Made by a program: the position numbers and the translations under genes
Notes under the pieces: generated by a model
Database searches by the model: none
What the model was told of the DNA's origin: nothing
The model's input: the letters and a program-made list of their open reading frames with translations, nothing else
Part shown: one piece after another, positions 19,800-28,675 of the stretch
Position numbering within the stretch: the first letter of the stretch is position 1
How the letters are laid out: every line of letters starts with the position of its first letter
Source: a virus
Length of the DNA stretch: 64,000 nt
Virus record (IMG/VR): IMGVR_UViG_3300020175_001039
Coordinates: 1-64,000 of that record
Direction: 5' to 3' (one strand)

Positions 19800-20499
19800 C
19801 AGTGTAAATTTTGTCTATTGATCCATTGCGAACAATGTCCCAAGTTGCTGGAGATGCGGCACCAGTAAGCTGTAATGCTCCACGTTTTGACCAGCTACCA
19901 TTCCATGTTGCATGTGGCAAGGTGCTCCATTCCCATGTAATTGCCGTACCAGCACGCCACTGCGTGTAAATTTTATTACCAAATTGAACCATTTGTCCTG
20001 GCTCCCAATCTTCCATGAGGATCAAGAAGCGTATCTTGTTTGGATCTGAGTGCATAAATTCTGGATTGTCAATTACCCGGTCCTTGCGTGGTTGTCCTGG
20101 AAGGTTGTCAATATGAAACATGAGCTGTTGGTTGGGTAATTGATCATTAAATTTTTGTGTTAGTTTCTTGCTTGTATCAAATTGAAGAAAGTCTACAATC
20201 TTTTCAAACACTGGGCAAGCGCCAGGGTGTTTATCGAAGTTCATCTTGGAAAACATAACTGCGTCAGGCTTACCATGTGGATTGTCTGCATCTTCTTGCT
20301 TGTGACCTTCGCTGGCTGGATTGGCAGCATGCCCGTATTCTTGTTTATTGTAAGCCTGCGGCTTTACTCCAATCTCACGGGCATTCAAAATGTCCTGTTG
20401 CCAGTCGCCTTGAAATACACCAATGATTTTGCTGTATTCGCCTTCCTGGTCAATACGAAATTTATCAAAATGGTAGGGAGATTTAAATGGTGATTTCAT
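19795..20499 (-). CDS. Fe(II)/2OG oxygenase-like (cupin/DSBH) protein
   Basis: FHID ... WSTLPHATWN..R; paralog of 24787-25734. Confidence 0.65.
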   Translation of the reverse strand: MKSPFKSPYHFDKFRIDQEGEYSKIIGVFQGDWQQDILNAREIGVKPQAYNKQEYGHAANPASEGHKQEDADNPHGKPDAVMFSKMNFDKHPGACPVFEKIVDFLQFDTSKKLTQKFNDQLPNQQLMFHIDNLPGQPRKDRVIDNPEFMHSDPNKIRFLILMEDWEPGQMVQFGNKIYTQWRAGTAITWEWSTLPHATWNGSWSKRGALQLTGAASPATWDIVRNGSIDKIYTV

Positions 20500-20517
20500 A
20501 ATAAGTTTCTTTTCAAT

Positions 20518-21222
20518 TTATTTCTTTCGCCACCACCAAATATACCAGCCCTTCATAACAACGGGTACTTTGGCTATCTCTTGATTATAGCGGCAGGCGA
20601 TTTCTTTTTCAATCGTGGATAATACATCAATGTGATTTTTAAACTTTTCTCTGAATTTAATCAAGTCGTTATATGAAATATTACTCAACAATACCTGTCT
20701 CAATTCAATTGGTTTGATTATATTAAAATTAAATTCCTGTGTCCAAGTTGAAATGTCTGAAATACTCCAAGAGTACAAATCAGGACGACGTGGAGTATCT
20801 TGATTAAGCTGATACAATTCCTCGACATCGCTACGTACTCGCATTACTGCAATCCCCCCTGGTTTCAGCCACTTGTGTACTAGTGCTATCTTGTCATGTA
20901 TACATTGTACTGAGTTTGACATATCTTCAATATTGTGGACACTTCCAAGACAAAAAACAAAGTCTGCTGAACTGGGCGATACTTGTGAGTCAAAGTCATC
21001 AAATGACCCAATAAAGTCGCCACCTGGAAACCTATCAAATCCAATAACATTGTCAATAGAATCTTTCCATATATTCATACCACACCCAGCATCAATAACC
21101 AATGACGGACTATATGAATTTATCTGTTCTGCAAATGTATCCATCTGATCGGTAGAGTGGTATGCATTGTGCATTTCATTATGGTAAAAACCCGTGGTGA
21201 TATGTTCCGGTAGTTTAGGCAC
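20518..21222 (-). CDS. Class I SAM-dependent methyltransferase
   Basis: VIDAGCG, ADFVFCLGS, WLKPGG; GTG start with GGAG RBS. Confidence 0.75.
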   Translation of the reverse strand: MPKLPEHITTGFYHNEMHNAYHSTDQMDTFAEQINSYSPSLVIDAGCGMNIWKDSIDNVIGFDRFPGGDFIGSFDDFDSQVSPSSADFVFCLGSVHNIEDMSNSVQCIHDKIALVHKWLKPGGIAVMRVRSDVEELYQLNQDTPRRPDLYSWSISDISTWTQEFNFNIIKPIELRQVLLSNISYNDLIKFREKFKNHIDVLSTIEKEIACRYNQEIAKVPVVMKGWYIWWWRKK

Positions 21223-21880
21223 TTGGAATCTCCGCGATGGCCATGTATAAATCATCTGGCCACTTTTGGAATTCTGCTGCAACCAACGGATTAAATCCTG
21301 GAATTTTACGAAGTGTAATATTCGGGTTCCAATGCTCGAACTGCATATTTTTCCTCATAGCAAAGTCTAGCATCTTGGAATTTTCTTCATATAGTCTTGG
21401 GCGCATCGTATTGTAGTCTTTATAACCCGGAGTGTAATCTGGGAAATGATCTTCACCAAAGTCCATTACATTTGCCCACCAACTAAAGCTAGCTTGTGGC
21501 TCACGGTACAATAGCATCATGTAATCACCCGGAAAATGATTCCAAATATAGTCTAGGTTAAACTGTCTTGCAAAGAAGTGACTTTTAACAATTTTATAAC
21601 CTTCACCAGTAAACACTTCGTCAATGTCATCTAGTAGTTTTTGTTTTTCAATATGATTAAAGTCTGTCCAATCTTCGCCGCAACCCATTCCTGGCCCCCA
21701 ATATGCACCGCGGTGCCCATTGTTTGTATCGCCTGGCGTGTTTACACGATGATAGAAAATTCTGTCTGGAGTTTCGTCAGTGGTGTCTGCTGGAAGTGCT
21801 TTGCGTAGTTGAATATCTACGCCACTCCATTTACTGCCTGGTATTCCACAAAACCATATACGTTTATTATAATCTGTCAT
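21215..21880 (-). CDS. Sulfotransferase-fold-like protein (atypical)
   Basis: WFCGIPGSKWS (5'-PSB-like loop), KSH, YREPQAS (3'-PB-like); paralog of 23341-24015. Confidence 0.45.
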   Translation of the reverse strand: MTDYNKRIWFCGIPGSKWSGVDIQLRKALPADTTDETPDRIFYHRVNTPGDTNNGHRGAYWGPGMGCGEDWTDFNHIEKQKLLDDIDEVFTGEGYKIVKSHFFARQFNLDYIWNHFPGDYMMLLYREPQASFSWWANVMDFGEDHFPDYTPGYKDYNTMRPRLYEENSKMLDFAMRKNMQFEHWNPNITLRKIPGFNPLVAAEFQKWPDDLYMAIAEIPSA

Positions 21881-21893
21881 AACCCAATCCATT

Positions 21894-21925
21894 AAAAAAG
21901 GGAGAGTAAGTTTCCCTACTCTCCC
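21894..21925 (-). terminator. Rho-independent terminator after ferritin-like gene
   Basis: GGGAGAGTAGG-GAAA-CTTACTCTCCC followed by T6 on minus strand. Confidence 0.85.
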
Positions 21926-21939
21926 CAATATTATAACAC

Positions 21940-22788
21940 TTATTGTGCGAAGTTGTCAACTGCTGATTCTTCTTGTTCGAACTGACCACGTGGAGTTGGT
22001 ACCCAATCCACTAGCTCACCTTTTGGCTCGAACCATGTTTTGCCCATTTCAGCCATTTTGTCTTCACCAAGATCATGACCATATGCGCCTTCTACAAGAG
22101 CTGCTGCTTCACGTGTAGCTTCTGTACCCATGCAGTTAATCCAGTACATGCGCTCTGTCATTTGTGGAATTACTGCTAGTACTGCTGCCTGTGCTTCTTC
22201 TGTCACTGCTAGACGCTCTAGTGTACGTGCGCCGATGTGTGAGTGGAATGTCTCATCCTTAGCAATTTTAGCGTATGTGCGTGATACGATTGGATCTGCA
22301 ATTGATGTTGCCATTGCATTCCATACGCGACCTGCGCGACCTTCAGCTACGAACTGGTATACTGCTGCCATTAGCTCTGATTCATGACCACCAATTTCTT
22401 CAAATAGTGATGCACCTTTTGCTTTGATGTTCTTTTCGTCCATCTGCCATGCAAATTCTGCTTCTAGTTCTTGGTCTGAAAATGCTTCACCTGAAAGATA
22501 TTCAATTACATTCTTAACCATGTCGTAATGCTTCGCTTCGTCAAGTACTTGCTTTGCTAGTAGCTTTAGCTGAGTTGGATCAGCTGATGCTGGCATATCT
22601 GCAAGTGTTTTTGAGATTTCTACGATGTTCATACGTTCGTTAAACATACGGCGTTTGAAGTGAAAGATCGCTTCATCTAGATCCGGTTGGTTACGGAAAT
22701 ACGCTTGTGTTTGGATTTCTGAAGCACGGAATAGTGGTTCAATAGTGGCTGCAACGTGTGCAACAAATTCTTTACCTGTCATTGTCAT
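21940..22788 (-). CDS. Ferritin-like diiron carboxylate protein
   Basis: E...DEAKH...E...DETFH paired ExxH motifs; AAGGAG RBS. Confidence 0.75.
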   Translation of the reverse strand: MTMTGKEFVAHVAATIEPLFRASEIQTQAYFRNQPDLDEAIFHFKRRMFNERMNIVEISKTLADMPASADPTQLKLLAKQVLDEAKHYDMVKNVIEYLSGEAFSDQELEAEFAWQMDEKNIKAKGASLFEEIGGHESELMAAVYQFVAEGRAGRVWNAMATSIADPIVSRTYAKIAKDETFHSHIGARTLERLAVTEEAQAAVLAVIPQMTERMYWINCMGTEATREAAALVEGAYGHDLGEDKMAEMGKTWFEPKGELVDWVPTPRGQFEQEESAVDNFAQ

Positions 22789-23357
22789 TTTTTTGACTCC
22801 TTTAAAGTTTTTAAGATATCTTGAAATTCGTCTGGTACCCAATGATTATCGAGATCTCGTTCTGGATGCCAGACAACAGCCATGACGTTTTCTAACTGCC
22901 ACGACTCAATAAACCCGTTGTCGTCGGTCACAAGGACCTTTGCATCGGTGGGAGCCATAGTAATTGCGCTACCGTGGTAACTATTTACTATGCGCTGTTC
23001 GTATTTATACCAAACAGTGTGTTCGGTACGCCTATGTCCCTCAACGGATTCACATTTTCCATCCATTAATTGTGTTAGCAGAAATGCGCCATGACAGATT
23101 CCCAATATCGGCTTTCCTTGCAGTCTAAACTGCTTAATCATTTCTATTTCTGTAACCAATCGCTGTGGATGATCGTCACCTCCGCTAAGAACCAGTAGAT
23201 CATGTTCTACTGCTAATTTTTGGAAGTTTTGATTCTTTTTATTAATTAGCGCAGTGGTCTCATGTTCTCGAAACATGCTATAGAAGCCACGCTCAAAAGC
23301 GTCAAATCTAAAGCCGCCTGGACTATCTAATGTTCTTGTGCTAATTAATACTTTCAT
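22785..23357 (-). CDS. Class I glutamine amidotransferase (peptidase C26-like)
   Basis: LSGG, LGICHG nucleophile elbow, NSYH, WHPE triad. Confidence 0.85.
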   Translation of the reverse strand: MKVLISTRTLDSPGGFRFDAFERGFYSMFREHETTALINKKNQNFQKLAVEHDLLVLSGGDDHPQRLVTEIEMIKQFRLQGKPILGICHGAFLLTQLMDGKCESVEGHRRTEHTVWYKYEQRIVNSYHGSAITMAPTDAKVLVTDDNGFIESWQLENVMAVVWHPERDLDNHWVPDEFQDILKTLKESKK

Positions 23358-24015
23358 TATTACTACCTTTGTATAACACAGGCCACAGGGTGTTGTCAAG
23401 TGGATTAATGTCTATGTTACTATTTATTTCATACATTACTTCTGGCATGTGTGTCTCAAGCCACTTTTCTGGTTGACTGAGATTAAAATCTATACGGAGC
23501 CCTTGTTCGCGGATAAACTTGGTCATAAGTTTTGTTTCAACATCAATCTGGCGACGCAACACAGTGTCACTACCGTACCAAGTATAATTGGGATAGCTGA
23601 TATCCCATCCACCGCTTTCATGCCACCATCTGTAGCTCATTTCAGGTTCCCGTAACACCATTAGGATATCAACCCATGGCATATTCTCTGCAATCCAATC
23701 CAACTGATAACTGAACCAGTGACAACGTATAATTCTAACTGGACGGTCATCATCATCGTCATACGCAGTATCAATTTCTGCCATAACTCGTTCTGGACCC
23801 AGTAGGTCCAATCTGTCAAAGCCTTCGCCGTGCTGGTGATATGGTCCCCAGAATGTATATATGTGCTGTGTTCCGTGGCTGGGCAAATCCTGGTGGTAAG
23901 GAAGTTTACAACTAGTGTCCACTATGTCGCATGTTTTATACAACATGTTTTCAATTCTTCCCCATCTGCTTCCAGGTACACCTGTTAAGAATATATATTG
24001 TTTATTTTTCATCAA
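23341..24015 (-). CDS. Sulfotransferase-fold-like protein (atypical), paralog of 21215-21880
   Basis: FLTGVPGSRWG, RCH, LREPEMS. Confidence 0.45.
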   Translation of the reverse strand: MMKNKQYIFLTGVPGSRWGRIENMLYKTCDIVDTSCKLPYHQDLPSHGTQHIYTFWGPYHQHGEGFDRLDLLGPERVMAEIDTAYDDDDDRPVRIIRCHWFSYQLDWIAENMPWVDILMVLREPEMSYRWWHESGGWDISYPNYTWYGSDTVLRRQIDVETKLMTKFIREQGLRIDFNLSQPEKWLETHMPEVMYEINSNIDINPLDNTLWPVLYKGSNNESIN

Positions 24016-24790
24016 TTGCTTCTATAAGTTTCTGTGCTATTACTTGGTGTGTTTTAAAACCTGGATGTACATCATCTCTAGATAAATCAATCATCATATC
24101 ACGGGTAATAGTTACTTTGTTTTCTATATCGTTTTCAAATTTAAAGTTCTTTCTAGGAGCAATTAGAAATATTACCTTTGCCCGCGGAAACAAGTGATTT
24201 ACATAGCCTTCAAATATTTTTAAGATGTCATTATTAGTCTTGTTAAATGTTTCATTAAAAAATTGGGGTTCTTGGTTTCCTATATTTAGATTTCCACGCT
24301 TTAAATTAGTTTTAATATAAGCCATAAGCCAGTTGTTTTCTGCAACAAACCGAGTATCACCAATAATTACAATATCAGGATCATAATTTACACCAACATC
24401 ACGCAACGGATCCACTAGCGCGGTTAAACTATCATAATCACTAATATTTAAGTAATCAGCACCATAATGCTGTACAATAAGTTCTGGTATAATGCCTTCC
24501 AACGGCAATCCACACCCTACTAGTAAACTACCACCAGCAAATAGTATCTTGTGTTTAGCTGAATAGTCTGGTTCCGGTCCTCGATATCCTAGACTGTTCC
24601 ACGTGTATTCTATAGTGTGTTGATTCCAATCAGTGTCTGGCTTTAAATGCAAGCTCATGCTTTCAGGTATTGTGCTTTTTTCCTTTTGGTCCTTGCCATA
24701 GTATAGCACAGTTTCTCCAGGAATACGATCTTCTTTTACAATGGCCGGAAAATTTTTTGTTTTAAAATCCTGATAATCTTGTGAATTCAT
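24002..24790 (-). CDS. SGNH/GDSL hydrolase-like protein (possible acyl esterase/transferase)
   Basis: NSLGYRG, AGGS..G, DDVHPG (DxxH). Confidence 0.6.
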   Translation of the reverse strand: MNSQDYQDFKTKNFPAIVKEDRIPGETVLYYGKDQKEKSTIPESMSLHLKPDTDWNQHTIEYTWNSLGYRGPEPDYSAKHKILFAGGSLLVGCGLPLEGIIPELIVQHYGADYLNISDYDSLTALVDPLRDVGVNYDPDIVIIGDTRFVAENNWLMAYIKTNLKRGNLNIGNQEPQFFNETFNKTNNDILKIFEGYVNHLFPRAKVIFLIAPRKNFKFENDIENKVTITRDMMIDLSRDDVHPGFKTHQVIAQKLIEAIDEK

Positions 24791-25734
24791 AATTTGATTA
24801 CTCTATCGGGATCGGGATTATCAATCATCCACTGGCATTTCTCACTAACAAACCCAGTGATTTGAAATGTTACTCTTGGAGTATATCCAAAGTTTGCAGT
24901 ACCGTGAGGCATATTGCACCAATCGTAAGTAGTAACAGTTCCTGCTTTATATCCCTGATGATAGGTATTACCGAATTGCCACACGTGTCCCATTTCCCAA
25001 TCTTGTAGGTGTATAAGGAACCTACGTAACATAAGAGGGTTCTTGTCTGCTCCAGCATCTTGCCATACCTTTTGCCAACCAGGACGAGCATATCGCATCT
25101 GTTGATCAATGTGAATAGGCGTAACCTGGCCTAGTCGTTGGATATGCAATCTACTCTGGTGAACATCTACGCCTAATTCTTCAATAATTTTAAAAAATAT
25201 TTCATACTCTGGTATACGATTTTCAATTACTTCTTTTTTGCCAGTCTCTTTGTTGAATTTTGTCCTTGCAATTTTATCATAATACATACTACTAAGATCG
25301 TCTTTGCCAGTGGCACGTTTGACATCCAGTATTTCACCATCATGCAAGTCAGCATCTTGTTTACTGTCATTTCTACTTCGGTAGTTGCCAATTGTCATTT
25401 CTTTAGCTTGCTTTAATGCATACGCAATAGCCTCAGAATAATCTCCCTCAAACCTACAAGGTACTACAAATGACTGCTCATTGGGATCTTCAAATGGATC
25501 AAAGTGCCAAGTACTTCTAGTTTTATTATGATCCCAACGACTTGGATTGTTGTCTACCTTAAAGATGTTATCCATCTTGTCATGTCGTTCCATTTGTTCA
25601 GCACTATACATTTCATCTTCATAATTGCTGTCAATGTGCGTTTCGCCAACAATGACTTCTTTCTCAACCATTGCATCAGCCAAGTCTTTAACCTTGTCTC
25701 CGGAATAGTAATTTACGCCTTTATTTTTTTTCAT
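24787..25734 (-). CDS. Fe(II)/2OG oxygenase-like protein
   Basis: PIHID ... WCNMPHGTAN..PR; paralog of 19795-20499; start uncertain. Confidence 0.65.
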   Translation of the reverse strand: MKKNKGVNYYSGDKVKDLADAMVEKEVIVGETHIDSNYEDEMYSAEQMERHDKMDNIFKVDNNPSRWDHNKTRSTWHFDPFEDPNEQSFVVPCRFEGDYSEAIAYALKQAKEMTIGNYRSRNDSKQDADLHDGEILDVKRATGKDDLSSMYYDKIARTKFNKETGKKEVIENRIPEYEIFFKIIEELGVDVHQSRLHIQRLGQVTPIHIDQQMRYARPGWQKVWQDAGADKNPLMLRRFLIHLQDWEMGHVWQFGNTYHQGYKAGTVTTYDWCNMPHGTANFGYTPRVTFQITGFVSEKCQWMIDNPDPDRVIKL

Positions 25735-26923
25735 AATGTTTGAACTCTTCATAATATAATGCCAAGGTTGCCCATATGGCATCTGGATACAAATTAGTAT
25801 ATTTGTTTCCAGTCTTTGAGTAATGATCCCACACCGTTTGGCTCATGTCTAAATCAGCATACTCTCTCCAGAACGATGTATCAGTACGTGAACTTAATCC
25901 ATAATGATGCAGTATGTAATCACTATTTTCACGCCAGGTTCTTCTCATCATGCGGTTGTATAATTTTGAGTTATTACCTCGTTTGATACACTCTGCTAAT
26001 GCCGTTATGCCATGTTGTATCATAAACAATGCATTTGATTCAAGAGGATCAATAAATCCCTGACTCAATCCAATTGCCACTACATTACCACTCCAAGGGT
26101 TTTGCAACCAATTGGGTTTCCAGGTAATATTACGTGGCTCTTTATTCATATATGGATTTAGATGTGCAGTATACTTTTTAAAATCATCGAGTGCTTGTTC
26201 ATGACTAACATGATCACTACTATAAACATAACCTGTTCCAACACGACTTGTCAGCCCAATTTTAAATTGCCAACCATGATCACGTGCAATGCTGCGAGTA
26301 TAAGGAACATCTTCGTCTAATTCAAAAGGACAAACCCAAGCACTGTTTACTAAATGATAATTTGATATCTCGTCTTGTGTTTTATCTACAACAAACTGTT
26401 GACGAAATCCAGTACAGTCTATGTACAAATCATACCCTGAAGGAAGCTCGTCTAACGTTTGTATAATATGTGTGACACGTTTACAGTTGTCTTTAACAAT
26501 ACGTCCAGCGGCTTCAGCATGCAAATGATATGCAACAGCACTCCAGCCTTCTTTGTGGTACAGTGCATCATTAATATTGTTCTTGTCTACCTCGCCAGAT
26601 TTATATTTCTGATACCAATTATCAAATGCATCGTTGTCATTATGCCAAAACGTAAAGGCGAACTCATCGTCATCTTTATCAGTCCAGCCTTGCTTTATAT
26701 TTCCATATTTGTATACTGCATCACATTTTGACATCCAGGAATCTTCATCCATACCAAAGCTGTCAAAAAAAGTCTTGATCATTGGCAAGGTGCTTTCGCC
26801 TACTCCAATGATAGGTATATCAGAGCTTTCTATTAGTGTAATGTCACAATCTGGCAAATTATGCTCTAGATATCCAGCTGCCCACCATCCCGTCGTGCCA
26901 CCTCCGATAATGCATATTTTCAT
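25721..26923 (-). CDS. Flavin-dependent (tryptophan) halogenase family protein
   Basis: GGGTTGW, IGVGEST, AVYKYG (catalytic Lys position), IDCTG, GWQFKIGL, FIDPLES. Confidence 0.8.
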   Translation of the reverse strand: MKICIIGGGTTGWWAAGYLEHNLPDCDITLIESSDIPIIGVGESTLPMIKTFFDSFGMDEDSWMSKCDAVYKYGNIKQGWTDKDDDEFAFTFWHNDNDAFDNWYQKYKSGEVDKNNINDALYHKEGWSAVAYHLHAEAAGRIVKDNCKRVTHIIQTLDELPSGYDLYIDCTGFRQQFVVDKTQDEISNYHLVNSAWVCPFELDEDVPYTRSIARDHGWQFKIGLTSRVGTGYVYSSDHVSHEQALDDFKKYTAHLNPYMNKEPRNITWKPNWLQNPWSGNVVAIGLSQGFIDPLESNALFMIQHGITALAECIKRGNNSKLYNRMMRRTWRENSDYILHHYGLSSRTDTSFWREYADLDMSQTVWDHYSKTGNKYTNLYPDAIWATLALYYEEFKHYEKK

Positions 26924-26924
26924 A

Positions 26925-27509
26925 TCAATGTTCCTTGCAGTTGGGCAACATATTTTGTACTGTTTTGATATTTTCTTCTGTTATGAAAACGCTCATTAAT
27001 ATATGATAAATTCCATCTACCATAGCAAAACTGCCATGTTGCTTGCGAGTATTTAGTATATAGGCTTTTGCAGGTTTAAAATGATGTAACTCAGTATTAT
27101 AGACAAAATTCCATTGGTGTACATCTGTTTTATTGAGTGGAATAAAAATTCTCATTTGGGGGCGCATTTTGTGAGCATCGCGGTGCATACCAAAAAAGCT
27201 ACCAGCTTGTAACTCAACTGCCCGACATCTTGCTAACTTTTCCCACTTAGAGAAAAAAGGAACCAATCCAGTGCATGAATTTAAATTTTGATTGGGTACT
27301 TGATATGCGTCATGCTTTTTTTCATGTTCCAAGTCAAGTCCACTTGGTGGCCCAGTTAGATTAAGTCCTGACTTTCCGTTAGGTCCTTGTTCCCATTTTA
27401 GATTTTTTAAATCTGATATGATACCATTTGCATCAAACTCCCAATCAAGTTCAATAATGTCCCCATAACTATTCAGTAGGGTCAGTAGTTGTATCTCTGT
27501 ATCGTTCAT
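26925..27509 (-). CDS. Aspartyl/asparaginyl beta-hydroxylase-like Fe(II)/2OG oxygenase
   Basis: GMHRD ... LNTRKQHGS. Confidence 0.7.
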   Translation of the reverse strand: MNDTEIQLLTLLNSYGDIIELDWEFDANGIISDLKNLKWEQGPNGKSGLNLTGPPSGLDLEHEKKHDAYQVPNQNLNSCTGLVPFFSKWEKLARCRAVELQAGSFFGMHRDAHKMRPQMRIFIPLNKTDVHQWNFVYNTELHHFKPAKAYILNTRKQHGSFAMVDGIYHILMSVFITEENIKTVQNMLPNCKEH

Positions 27510-27756
27510 TTTTTGAATTTTTCCTAAGTGTGTCCATCTCTTTGATATGCTGAATACGCATAATTTGATGATACATCTTAATCACACCTTTTGGTGCGTC
27601 TGCCTTCCATATCCATGGCAACAGTCCATGTATTAGGCTCATTAAGGCGATCTTTATTAATGCCCAACTATTTTTGATGCTGTGCCAGAGATGATACCAG
27701 TATCCCCAACCAGTTTCTACTTGTAAATGATGCCTGGCTTCACGAAACCATTTCAT
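27469..27756 (-). CDS. Small membrane-associated protein (DUF6356-like)
   Basis: HL...GYWYHL...IHGLLPW pattern; ATGA-coupled. Confidence 0.5.
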   Translation of the reverse strand: MKWFREARHHLQVETGWGYWYHLWHSIKNSWALIKIALMSLIHGLLPWIWKADAPKGVIKMYHQIMRIQHIKEMDTLRKNSKNERYRDTTTDPTE

Positions 27757-28373
27757 TTGTGTTTCCAATACCAGACTGCTAAATTAATTTTTCTATCATG
27801 ATCAGGTGATCCATGATTGCCGTTGATTCTCTTGGCGCCACCTGCTGCTGTTTCCACTACAGGTTCACGATATAATTCTACTTTGTCTGAAAAAATCTCA
27901 GTCGCAGTGTATATATCTTCAACTTTCCAACCATATTGCACAAAGCCCTTCTTGAGATTAAGTTCAGTATGGTCATTCAGTCTTGCTCGGCATACAATAT
28001 ACCCGCCGGGCTTGCACCAGTCAATGCATATTTCCAGTTGATTAAGAACATTATCCCAATCGCCAAAGTTGATACTGCCTAATGCCATAACAATGTCTGC
28101 ACAGTTGTCTTGAAATATTCCAGCATCTTTAACTTCTTCAGCTGCCATGTTTAGATCTGCTTCTGGATAGTTTGCAGCATCCATGCCAATAAGATTATTA
28201 ACATGTTCCTTGTAGGGATTGGTGCCACATCCTATATCCAGAATCAGATCTGCTTCTTGTTCCTGAAGCCATGGTATAAGAGAGTAACTGCTTTCACTGT
28301 GAGTTTTCCATCTATCTCTAGAATAGTTAGCACTGTTAAAGTGATTTCTGACTTGCTTGATTGTCTCAGTCAT
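27753..28373 (-). CDS. Class I SAM-dependent methyltransferase (paralog of 20518-21222)
   Basis: ILDIGCG, ADIVMALGS, WCKPGG. Confidence 0.8.
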   Translation of the reverse strand: MTETIKQVRNHFNSANYSRDRWKTHSESSYSLIPWLQEQEADLILDIGCGTNPYKEHVNNLIGMDAANYPEADLNMAAEEVKDAGIFQDNCADIVMALGSINFGDWDNVLNQLEICIDWCKPGGYIVCRARLNDHTELNLKKGFVQYGWKVEDIYTATEIFSDKVELYREPVVETAAGGAKRINGNHGSPDHDRKINLAVWYWKHK

Positions 28374-28662
28374 CTTTAAATAATGTATCCAAAATTGCAT
28401 TGACATTTTTTGTAACATCATTTTTAATCAGATCATAATCTAATTGAATAGCAATATCAATCACATCTTCCCTTGCTAATTTGGAAATTAAATCTTCTTG
28501 ACTATCAGTACCTAAGAATGCAAGATCTTCACTGTGAAGTTCTACCTCACTGCCATCCATTAGTACTAGAATAACGCTTTTGACATAATCAAAAGGAATA
28601 GTCTCGAGACTTACTTCGTCAAAGATCCTATCAAAAGATCTGTCCTTGCGTTCAATAGCCAT
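28366..28662 (-). CDS. Hypothetical protein
   Basis: ORF in operon orientation. Confidence 0.6.
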   Translation of the reverse strand: MAIERKDRSFDRIFDEVSLETIPFDYVKSVILVLMDGSEVELHSEDLAFLGTDSQEDLISKLAREDVIDIAIQLDYDLIKNDVTKNVNAILDTLFKDD

Positions 28663-28675
28663 TTTTAATCACTTT

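Noticed and set aside
21930-21959. TTGACA-18-TATAAT at the end of the ferritin-like gene
   Set aside because: Its transcript would start within or just before the terminator hairpin, so function is doubtful; not listed as a promoter.
1-28373. RiPP cluster with a local precursor peptide
   Set aside because: Intergenic gaps are about 50 nt or less; no short leader/core ORF, RRE/PqqD domain, peptidase-transporter or repeat peptide was seen. A precursor outside the window remains possible.
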